Shown here piece by piece: positions 9,284 to 16,989 of a stretch of DNA of 51,321 nucleotides. The notes below the pieces were generated by a model. The model saw only the letters and a program-made list of their open reading frames with translations, made no database searches and had not been told where the DNA came from. Position 1 is the first letter of the stretch. The number at the start of each line of letters is the position of its first letter. The stretch is from a virus (Duplodnaviria; Caudoviricetes): the IMG/VR virus record IMGVR_UViG_3300021517_000001, positions 1 to 51,321 of that record, one strand, 5' to 3'. Position numbers and translations under genes: made by a program.

Positions 9284-9405
9284 GTGATTGAACCTCCCGG
9301 TTCGTGCGTGTATGCGATGCTTGAATTATCTCCCAGCTTTTGGTAGAAAGCCCTCCGGCAAATGCCAAGTTCACCAAATGCTCATATTTGCCAAAGGGCC
9401 CCGTG

Positions 9406-9678
9406 TTACTTCCGAACCGCCAGATACGTGTTCAGGTCCATCAAGAGTTCTTCCAGCTCACCGAACATGTTCGGAAAGCAGGTCTCCTCATCGTTGTCGC
9501 GGTTCTCCCAATACCAGCCTCCCGGATCCCCTTCCGAGATGTAAGGAAAGTTTACCAGGTTCCACGTCGTCCCAGTTGTCCAGTCGTAGTGGAGATAGTC
9601 CGTGCCCCCGCTCTCGGGGCCCTGCATAAGCGGCATGTCTTCTTGCACTGGGCGGTTGCGATTCAGAAAAGTGTCCAC
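9406..9678 (-). CDS. Hypothetical acidic protein
   Basis: 90-aa ORF, GTG start with AAGGA SD. Confidence 0.55.
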   Translation of the reverse strand: MDTFLNRNRPVQEDMPLMQGPESGGTDYLHYDWTTGTTWNLVNFPYISEGDPGGWYWENRDNDEETCFPNMFGELEELLMDLNTYLAVRK

Positions 9679-9724
9679 AGTCTTGTCCTTTGGTTAAAGG
9701 GGGAGGAAAGCCCCCCTGCGATCA

Positions 9725-9892
9725 CTACTTGCGAAAGTACTCGAGGAGCTTTTTGTCCTCGTCAGTCAGCCGCGGCGAATTGCCCTTGCTTGGTGCTTTC
9801 TTCGGCGCCGAGGAGTTTTGAGCCTCCTTCTTTTCGGCTCGACGCTTCGCTGCTGCTTTAGCCTTCTTGCTCGGCGCCTGCAGTGTCTTCAT
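9725..9892 (-). CDS. Small Lys/Ala-rich basic protein (55 aa; not in ORF track)
   Basis: Hand translation MKTLQAPSKKAKAAAKRRAEKKEAQNSSAPKKAPSKGNSPRLTDEDKKLLEYFRK; followed by a hairpin at ~9698-9716. Confidence 0.5.
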   Translation of the reverse strand: MKTLQAPSKKAKAAAKRRAEKKEAQNSSAPKKAPSKGNSPRLTDEDKKLLEYFRK

Positions 9893-9893
9893 C

Positions 9894-10001
9894 TCAGACA
9901 GCGGCTGGTTTGCCGGCGCGTAGACCCAGCCCCGGTGCGATAAGCCGCTTAGAGAGGTTGCCGCGAGCCGGGCGATTGGTGGGTATTGATTGATTAGACA
10001 T
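9894..10001 (-). CDS. Short ORF (35 aa), possibly the frameshifted 5' part of the 9725..9892 gene
   Basis: AGGAG SD and promoter motif upstream; MSNQSIPTNRPARGNLSKRLIAPGLGLRAGKPAAV. Confidence 0.35.
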   Translation of the reverse strand: MSNQSIPTNRPARGNLSKRLIAPGLGLRAGKPAAV

Positions 10002-10020
10002 TTCGATGCTCCTGATTGAA

Positions 10021-10041
10021 CCTTACTATGCTTTTATTATA
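10021..10041 (-). promoter_or_regulatory. Conserved early-promoter -10/initiation motif (TATAATAAAAGYATAGTAAGG)
   Basis: 19/20 identical to 10468-10487; related copies at 7499-7519 and 32220-32240. Confidence 0.65.
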
Positions 10042-10089
10042 GTTGAGGATGGGGAGTTTTGGTAACTCCCCAATTCCTGTGGGCCGTGC

Positions 10090-10446
10090 TTAGCGCACGT
10101 CCTTGTAAAGCCTGCCCTCGCACACGTTGCGCACGAACATGTAGCTGCTTCCGTACACTTTCGCGATCGCTGTGTACCCGTAGCCCTCCGCGCGCATGTA
10201 GCGCATCGAGCGAATGTCGTTGTCGCTGAACCGACGCGCGTTAGCCTTCTTGGCCGCCGCGATCGCGTTGAAGAAGTTCCGCACGAAGTCCGGCATCTCG
10301 AGCTCTTCGACCTTGCCGTAGATCGTGGTGATCATGACCTGGCGATCTAGGCTGCTGTGCGGCTGGTAGCCCAGCGTCCGCACGAACATGGCGCGCAGCT
10401 CGGTGGTGTTCATCTTCTTCAGTGTGTTGATCAGCTCGACGTTCAT
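10090..10446 (-). CDS. DNA-binding protein with C-terminal HTH (paralog of 25177..25674)
   Basis: RRFSDNDIRSMRYMRAEGYGYTAIAKVYGSSYMFVRNVCEGRLYKDVR. Confidence 0.75.
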   Translation of the reverse strand: MNVELINTLKKMNTTELRAMFVRTLGYQPHSSLDRQVMITTIYGKVEELEMPDFVRNFFNAIAAAKKANARRFSDNDIRSMRYMRAEGYGYTAIAKVYGSSYMFVRNVCEGRLYKDVR

Positions 10447-10669
10447 TGCCCTGCTCCTTATGCACTACCTTACTATACTTTTATTATCCCCCCAAACGCC
10501 CTTTCGGGCAAGCAAGCAAAAGCAAGATTGACGCCCTTCTCACCAATTGCTCACTTTTGGGCATTGCCGGGGATGAAGCAAAAAAAGACCCGCGCCGGTT
10601 AGGGCGAGGGCCAAAAGATAGGGTACTAATGTGAACCCGGGCCTGCCTTTCCATGAAGACAGGGAGGCG

Positions 10670-11230
10670 TCAGCCGTTGTAAATTCTCTTGAGAGCAGTT
10701 ACAGCCCAGCGCTTGTTCCGGATGTCCGGATGATCGATGTTAGCCCGGATCACCTCCATGTAGTACGGGGAGACCGGCCAGACGTATTCTGCGGCCTCAG
10801 CATCCTCGGTTGTGATGTCGGGCCAGCGCAGCCGGTAGTCGTACTGCTCCGGGAGGGGGGTACCGGCATGGAAGGCCAGCCAGGCCTTTTTGACCAGCAC
10901 CTCTTTCTGCGCGCGGTGAAAAAGCTCATCCCCCAACCAATTTGGCACGTCGGTCACAGTTGCGATGGACTCGAGCTTGATGTTGTTTTGAAAGCCCCGG
11001 GCAACCCACTCCCCGATGATGATCTTCAAATAGATCTGGAGGGACGCCTCGTACCCATACCACTGCCGGACTATGAGCTGCCCCTTATGCCTGGAGCCCA
11101 CCGGATCAGTGCGAGTACTGCGAAGCATCGTAAGAACTCCCAGAGCCTCCCTGCGCTGACTTCCCAGCCGCATGTCGTCGAGGCATCGAGCCGTTTGTAC
11201 GAAGCTAGGATAGGGCAGGAAGGTCATCAT
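10670..11230 (-). CDS. Pyrimidine-dimer DNA glycosylase (DenV/Pyr_excise; MSMEG_6728-like) protein
   Basis: N-terminal MxTFLPYPSF...LDDMRLGSQRREA, WYGYE, W.ARGF.N, PNWLGDELFH, YVWP. Confidence 0.8.
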   Translation of the reverse strand: MMTFLPYPSFVQTARCLDDMRLGSQRREALGVLTMLRSTRTDPVGSRHKGQLIVRQWYGYEASLQIYLKIIIGEWVARGFQNNIKLESIATVTDVPNWLGDELFHRAQKEVLVKKAWLAFHAGTPLPEQYDYRLRWPDITTEDAEAAEYVWPVSPYYMEVIRANIDHPDIRNKRWAVTALKRIYNG

Positions 11231-11233
11231 GGC

Positions 11234-11581
11234 TTATCCTCCCGTCTTCCGGGGTCTCCTCATGATGCGATCGTTGTCCGGGTTAAGCTCATGCGTCGCC
11301 CAGGTCTTGGCATCGTTCTTTCGGCAGACCGCTTCCATCATAGACTCCACGTCTTCGAGCATCGCTCCGTGGGCGAGCATTACTCCCAGCACTGTAACAA
11401 TGACATCCACCCCCTCCTCTATCACCACAAAGAGGTGTTTCTGAGTAGCAGCTTCCCGCAGTTCCTCGACCTCAGAATCAAAAGCGTTGATTGCTCCTGC
11501 GCTTGTCGGGCGGAAATCCGGTCCCCTGAATCTTCTGTGCAGGTCGACGGTCGATCTCCATAGCGCTGCGAACTTTGACAT
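11234..11581 (-). CDS. MazG-like NTP pyrophosphohydrolase
   Basis: ExxE (SEVEEL) and EExxD (EEGVD) metal motifs, later KN motif; 115 aa, all-helical. Confidence 0.65.
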   Translation of the reverse strand: MSKFAALWRSTVDLHRRFRGPDFRPTSAGAINAFDSEVEELREAATQKHLFVVIEEGVDVIVTVLGVMLAHGAMLEDVESMMEAVCRKNDAKTWATHELNPDNDRIMRRPRKTGG

Positions 11582-11590
11582 GCAAACCTC

Positions 11591-12361
11591 CTAGGGAATG
11601 ATCCCTTCTTCGACCCGTTTGACATCGATGTCCTCATCGCTGTAGCCCATGGTCAGCAGCTGCTCTCGTTGCAGGGCTACCTCGGCCTCTACTTCCTCTC
11701 GAGGCTCTGTAGCATACAGAAGCTGCTCATTATCTGCACGGATTGAGGTGATTACAAACCTCCCATCTGCTCGCATTGATACATAGATGGTAACTCGCCG
11801 TTCAACCCCTGGCGCTAGTTTGAACTTGTACTCGTCCGTACTGAGCCAGGCTACCAGCTCGGCCAGTGCTTGATCATAGTCCTCGATGCCTTGTGCGAGA
11901 GTAAGCCCGTGAAGCTCCCACACATACCAGGACTTGCTCTTCTTGCCTATATAGAACTCCCGGCCTAAAGGATCCGTGAACTTGTATTTGTTCGTCGAGA
12001 CCAGCGTGCGCCGCAGCTTGACAGGCGGTCCCGGAGTCTTCTCGAGTATCAGCTCTGGCGTCCTCGGGGCGGGTCCACCTTTTGGCTTGCGAACTTGTAC
12101 CCTTTCCTCAGCCTTCTGCTGATCTCTGATCCACCGGTCAAGCAGCACATAGAGCCGCTTCTTCGAGTTCCAATCGACGACAGGCGTGGGCACCATTTTC
12201 GTCTTGCCATTGGTGGATATGATCTCATCAGCCCACCACTTGTGGATGTTCGGATGGCCTTGGATGTGAAAGCGTCTCCCCGACGGCTTGTGAGTCACCT
12301 CGAACACCCGGTTTCTAATTTTAGTCTCCCTGTAGAGATCCATGTCCTTCTCGCGCGCCAT
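11591..12361 (-). CDS. Hypothetical protein
   Basis: 256-aa ORF with AGGAG SD. Confidence 0.7.
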   Translation of the reverse strand: MAREKDMDLYRETKIRNRVFEVTHKPSGRRFHIQGHPNIHKWWADEIISTNGKTKMVPTPVVDWNSKKRLYVLLDRWIRDQQKAEERVQVRKPKGGPAPRTPELILEKTPGPPVKLRRTLVSTNKYKFTDPLGREFYIGKKSKSWYVWELHGLTLAQGIEDYDQALAELVAWLSTDEYKFKLAPGVERRVTIYVSMRADGRFVITSIRADNEQLLYATEPREEVEAEVALQREQLLTMGYSDEDIDVKRVEEGIIP

Positions 12362-12598
12362 GATATACTCCTGTGATTTGCGTTAGCGAGCTTTTAGAAA
12401 ATGCTGGTAAAATTCGTAAAAATACTGGTTTTGCGATTTATATCGCTCTCACGTATAAACACCCATATCCAGTATTTTTTGAGCAAATAAGCGCGTTTTT
12501 GAAAGTCTCCGCACAGATAGCCCCTATCAAAATTATCCCACAGGCCGGCGCAAAACGCCCGTGAATATCTGATGAAAAGGACGTGACGCAGTTAATGC

Positions 12599-12720
12599 TG
12601 TGTAATTGTGCGTATTTGTCAAACCGCGGTGTTTGCTGTTTTTTATAAATCTTTGATAGCAAAAATTATATAAAAATTTAAACAGCTATAGGGACATAAA
12701 TACCCACAAATACCCAGTGT
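12599..12720. repeat. Palindromic AT-rich element B with inverted 10-bp iteron-like arms (putative origin)
   Basis: TGTGTAATTGTGCGTATTTGTC...TTTTTTATAAAT...TATATAAAAA...CATAAATACCCACAAATACCCAGTGT; ungapped alignment with element A. Confidence 0.6.
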
Positions 12721-12731
12721 TGTTTAGTCAC

Positions 12732-12761
12732 AAAAAAGGTCATAGCTTGGCCATGACCTTT
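12732..12761 (-). terminator. Intrinsic terminator
   Basis: AAAAAAGGTCAT...ATGACCTTT downstream of the 12772 gene. Confidence 0.75.
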
Positions 12762-12771
12762 CACTCTGTCG

Positions 12772-13980
12772 TTAAGCCTTGGAAGAGGCCTTTATCCGTT
12801 CGTTGCGGGCTCGTCTGTAGTGGTAGTCCCGTAAACGTCGAGTAGCCTCTTCGCTGCTTTGAAAGTCGGTTCCGAGCACGTACCCCGAGGCCGCGCTGCG
12901 AGCTGTCCAGGTGCCAGCTGTTTCATCATTCAGCCAGACCTCTTCATTCGGGTTGTCCGGCTCAACCCTTTTCGGAGTGACGACCTTCACATGCCCATTG
13001 CTCTGGGAAGCTGAGATCACTTCAGCTTTCACCACTTCGGTGAGCTCTGACGGCGGCACTACTTTGGCCATTTCACGGATCTCAGCCTGGCGGCGTTCCG
13101 CGGCCTGACGCTTCTTTTCGGCCTCAACCTCGACGCTTGTCAGCTCTGCCGGGTTGACAATGTAATCGGCCGCGTTCATCTCTTGCTTAATAAGGAAGCG
13201 CCACTCGTCCGGGGTCAACTCAGCCATAGCGTCTTTGTGCCGTGCATTGGCCTTGCGCAGCGCGTCTCTCAGAGCCAGCGAGAAGGCCTTCAGCCACTCA
13301 TCTCCAGTAGCCTCCGGGTTGTTGTACCGAACTAGCCGCTCTTCCTCAGCTTTCTGAAACGCTGTCCGAAACGCGTGCCTCTGCTCAATCGAGTACAGCA
13401 ACAGTTCCTTCAGAGCGTAGCCAATGCCCATGACAAGTAAGGGCGGACCAAACGTTTCTAAGTAAGCGAACAGGTGACCTCCGTGATCCCACGGCTTAGC
13501 CACGTGAGCATTGCCGACCAGCGCGATAGTCGTAGCCAGCCACACACCGGCCCAAAACACCCGATTGGTAAGTGACGGAACCTCCCGGCTCTCCCCAGTC
13601 TCAGCATTGACTCGAGTATACGTCTTGCCGAGCACGGCTAGCGCCAGGAAGAAAACGATCTGCCCAGTCTCAGCCATGATGATGGTTGCGGCCCCAACCA
13701 CTCCGCACCGAGGGTCGGTGCCGGTGGTTGCATTGACGGCCTCGCAGAACGTGTCTTGCCCAGCTTGATGCAGTCGATACGCTGACGGAAAGAAGCCCGC
13801 GATCAGAAGCACGAAGCACAGCCCCACGACCAGCGAGATGATCCAAACCGGGTACTTCGACGGAGATGCTGACTTCAGCATGTCAGCGTTGACCTCTTTG
13901 CCCGTCACCCGATCCCGAGCCTTTTCCCAGGCAGCGTCGCGTTCGGCGTCGTAGAGACTCCGGATCTTTGGTGAGATCAT
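12772..13980 (-). CDS. Multi-pass membrane protein with cytoplasmic coiled-coil C-terminus
   Basis: About four hydrophobic segments (VWIISLVVGLCFVLLIAGFF; IVFFLALAVLG; VFWAGVWLATTIALVG; PLLVMGIGYAL). Confidence 0.75.
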   Translation of the reverse strand: MISPKIRSLYDAERDAAWEKARDRVTGKEVNADMLKSASPSKYPVWIISLVVGLCFVLLIAGFFPSAYRLHQAGQDTFCEAVNATTGTDPRCGVVGAATIIMAETGQIVFFLALAVLGKTYTRVNAETGESREVPSLTNRVFWAGVWLATTIALVGNAHVAKPWDHGGHLFAYLETFGPPLLVMGIGYALKELLLYSIEQRHAFRTAFQKAEEERLVRYNNPEATGDEWLKAFSLALRDALRKANARHKDAMAELTPDEWRFLIKQEMNAADYIVNPAELTSVEVEAEKKRQAAERRQAEIREMAKVVPPSELTEVVKAEVISASQSNGHVKVVTPKRVEPDNPNEEVWLNDETAGTWTARSAASGYVLGTDFQSSEEATRRLRDYHYRRARNERIKASSKA

Positions 13981-14459
13981 TGCGCTGCCTCCCCTGAGCT
14001 GATCAGCCGCAAGTAGTGCGACAGATCATCCCGATGCGAGCTGTGCTCATGCAGCTTTCGCCGCTTCGACAGATTGCTCAGAATGAGCGCCTGCGTGCTT
14101 GCATCCAACTCACGCCACTCGCGCAGCGTCTCTTCGTCCGAGACTGCCTGCAGCTTTTTCCCCGCTGCCAGCAGCTTACCGTACTGCAGCTGCACACCTA
14201 TCCGAAACTCGATCACGAGCTCGTCCATCTTGCTGCCGATCAGCCGCTGACCGTTGAAGCCCATGCGCACCGCGTTCAGCAGATTAAGAACGCGCCACAC
14301 CCGATTCAAATCTTGCCCGTCGCCGATGTACTGCTTGAGCACTTCGATATTCTCGCGTGCGCCTTCTTCACTGCCCCACTTGCCGAGCAGCCCCACGCGT
14401 ACAGCCTGCCACGCAGAGCTATACATGACCTGAAGCTTGATGTCTTGTATCCTGTGCAT
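13977..14459 (-). CDS. Hypothetical protein
   Basis: 160-aa ORF with AGGAGGT SD. Confidence 0.7.
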   Translation of the reverse strand: MHRIQDIKLQVMYSSAWQAVRVGLLGKWGSEEGARENIEVLKQYIGDGQDLNRVWRVLNLLNAVRMGFNGQRLIGSKMDELVIEFRIGVQLQYGKLLAAGKKLQAVSDEETLREWRELDASTQALILSNLSKRRKLHEHSSHRDDLSHYLRLISSGEAAQ

Positions 14460-14491
14460 AACGCACCTCCTAGCTCTTTGACCCTAACCAA

Positions 14492-14538
14492 ATTATACCC
14501 ACAATACCTAGCCAAGGTCAACCGGGTATTGTGGGTAT
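14492..14538 (-). promoter_or_regulatory. Promoter TTGACC-18-TATAAT overlapped by a 14-bp perfect inverted repeat (operator-like)
   Basis: ATACCCACAATACC (14495-14508), 16-bp spacer, GGTATTGTGGGTAT (14525-14538). Confidence 0.7.
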
Positions 14539-14562
14539 TTGATGAGACGTTGGTGAGAGGGC

Positions 14563-16989
14563 TTACTGCTTTTGAGAGCTTCTGATCTGTGTTCTCTTTG
14601 ACATCTCATCGTAAGAGCAGGGGCCAGTAAGCTCGATGTGCGCGTGCTGGTCGTTTACATCCCAAGCAGGAACCCAGCTATCGCTTTCCGAGTGCCAGTA
14701 CCATTGGGTCTCTTGCACGGGGCTCACGTCGGCCCAATTGGGTCCGATCTCTATCTCGGCCTTGATCGGGACGTTGATGTCTAAGGGGAGCCGATTCTCC
14801 ATGCAGTTATAGACCAGGTCAACGACTTCCGGGAGCTCTTCGATCTTTACCACCAGGTCGATTTCATCATGCACTGTGATGACGATGCGTGTTAAAAGTT
14901 CCCGCGCGAGGAGTTCGCTGTGCAGGTGGATCAGAGCATTTAGCGTGATGTCCGAGGCCGTTGACTGAATCGGGAAGTTCAAAGCCTGTCGCTGTGCTTC
15001 ACCTCGGGTCGATTGGTGAATGAAGGGCCACCGGCGGATCCTGCCTAGGGGAGTAGACAGCTCTTGCTTTGACAGTACGTCACGCCTCTGACCTGCCATC
15101 CAGTCTCGAAGGCGGCTGAACTCGTTCAGGTAGTTGTCAATGAACTCCTGAGCCATCTGTTCAGTCCAATGGTACTGCCGAAGCTCTCGACCGTATGCGA
15201 TCGAAAACGCTCCGCGACCGTAAAGCACCCCGAAGTCCACGAACTTGGCCGCGTAGCGTTGCTTCTTAGAAACATCGTTGGGGTCAATTTGGAACATCGC
15301 CGCTGCCACTTCGCTGTGAATATCCCGCTCATCGATGAAGGCCTGGATCATGTTCGAGTCTTGACTCAGGTAAGCCGCCACGCGCAGCTCGAGCTGAGAG
15401 TAATCTGCCTTCATCCAAACATATCCCGGGGGCGGCACGAAGGCTCTTCGGATAGCCGGACCTGCCATTTGAGGGATGGTTTGAAGCGCGGGGTCATTGC
15501 AGCTCAGTCTGCCTGTAGATGTGCCGGCCAGGTTGAAAGACGCGTGCACGCTGTTCGTCAGGTCGGTCAGAGCGAGCAGTCCGTCGACGTAAGTACCGAG
15601 GATCTTTTTGCGGCCCCGGAAGTCCTCAACCAGGCCCGCGAGGTCAGCAGCCGGCGTGTTGGGCATCTCTGTCTGCACCCAGGCGAGCATGTCCTTGTCC
15701 GTGGTGCGGGACGGATACGGGATACCGAGCTTGTCATAGAACACCTCGGCCAGCTGCTTGGGGGAGCCTGGATTGAAAGAAGCTAGCTCAACCAGGTTTC
15801 GAATGTCCTCCAGAACGTCTTCGATCTCATCCCGGATCTGCATACCGTAGTCAGTGAGGTACCCTACGTCGATCAGCGTTCCGTTGCGTTCAATGTCGGC
15901 CAGAGCGATCGTCGCCGGGAAGAGCAGTGTGTCCAGCACCTGACGCAGCGAAGCCGGCTCTTCTTCAAGCTCTTGCCTCAGATCATAATACAGCCGCGCG
16001 GTGCACCACAGATCGACCCCAAGGTAAGTATAGAGCGGCCCCCAGTCCCTCTGATCAGCAGGCTTGCTCCAAAACGCTTCGAAGTCGAATTTGTAATCTG
16101 TGAGGTCATACCTCACCCGGGCGATCGTCTTCAGACCGTGAGGAGACAGCCTGTCCGCAATCGGCCTCTCATCGAGGACGTAGTTCATCAGCAGTGTGTC
16201 GGCCACGTTCCGCACAGGGGTCCGCATCTTCAACCACTCGGCCAGGAACTGCAGATCGAACTTGGCGTTGTGAAAGACTACCGGCCCGAAGTAATCGCGG
16301 AAGAAATCTTTCACGCAGTATCGCACGACCTCGTTCTTCACCAGGTGCCAGGGGATGATCACAACCTCTCCCCCGTCAAGCTCTGGATATAAAGCCCCGA
16401 ACCCGATCGCTTCAATCTCATGCTCTTTGACCCTAAGACCCGAGGTCTCCAAGTCGCATGAGATAAATGAGGCTTTGCTCAGCCGGCACAGAGCGCTGCG
16501 CAGTTCTTCGGGGTCATCGCAGATAGTGTACCAGACCGTTGGGGGTTCCATCGGAGCGTCAATCCGGGCCAGCTTAGAAATGTCAGCCACGAGGTCCCTA
16601 AAGCTGTCGGGCTCTTTCATCACTTGGTATGCCGAAAACGTGGGGATGGCTACTCCGAAGAGGTCGTCAGCTAGCTTTAGCTTGATTGCTCGGCCGCGCT
16701 CTTTGAAGATGTTCCCGAGTTTGTTTTGCTTGTACACCGCGGCCAGGGATGCAGGCCCCATTAACAGCACTTTTTGCGGCTTGTGCTGGGCCAGGATTCG
16801 AGCAACGTTTCGACCCGCTACTGCCATGTCCGCATCAGACGGCTTGCCGCTAGTTACTGTGTGAGGCACAGCATACTCGAAGATAACCTCGTCTAGGTTG
16901 AACCCGCACGCTTTCAAGCACCGCTGTACTAAAGTGCTCTGATCAGTCTGCCTCTTAATCGGCCATTCCTGGATCACTAGGGTAGTCAT
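14563..16989 (-). CDS. polA: Family A DNA polymerase with N-terminal UDG-like domain and 3'-5' exonuclease
   Basis: ExoI CDLETSGL, ExoII FHNAKFDL, ExoIII YLGVD; motif A ADYSQLELR, motif B RYAAKFVDFGVLYG, motif C VHDEI; N-terminal UDG-like KPQKVLLMG..IPTFS. Confidence 0.95.
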   Translation of the reverse strand: MTTLVIQEWPIKRQTDQSTLVQRCLKACGFNLDEVIFEYAVPHTVTSGKPSDADMAVAGRNVARILAQHKPQKVLLMGPASLAAVYKQNKLGNIFKERGRAIKLKLADDLFGVAIPTFSAYQVMKEPDSFRDLVADISKLARIDAPMEPPTVWYTICDDPEELRSALCRLSKASFISCDLETSGLRVKEHEIEAIGFGALYPELDGGEVVIIPWHLVKNEVVRYCVKDFFRDYFGPVVFHNAKFDLQFLAEWLKMRTPVRNVADTLLMNYVLDERPIADRLSPHGLKTIARVRYDLTDYKFDFEAFWSKPADQRDWGPLYTYLGVDLWCTARLYYDLRQELEEEPASLRQVLDTLLFPATIALADIERNGTLIDVGYLTDYGMQIRDEIEDVLEDIRNLVELASFNPGSPKQLAEVFYDKLGIPYPSRTTDKDMLAWVQTEMPNTPAADLAGLVEDFRGRKKILGTYVDGLLALTDLTNSVHASFNLAGTSTGRLSCNDPALQTIPQMAGPAIRRAFVPPPGYVWMKADYSQLELRVAAYLSQDSNMIQAFIDERDIHSEVAAAMFQIDPNDVSKKQRYAAKFVDFGVLYGRGAFSIAYGRELRQYHWTEQMAQEFIDNYLNEFSRLRDWMAGQRRDVLSKQELSTPLGRIRRWPFIHQSTRGEAQRQALNFPIQSTASDITLNALIHLHSELLARELLTRIVITVHDEIDLVVKIEELPEVVDLVYNCMENRLPLDINVPIKAEIEIGPNWADVSPVQETQWYWHSESDSWVPAWDVNDQHAHIELTGPCSYDEMSKRTQIRSSQKQ

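Noticed and set aside
10631-11563. 310-aa + strand ORF
   Set aside because: Antisense shadow of two motif-supported - strand genes (DenV-like and MazG-like); no recognisable features
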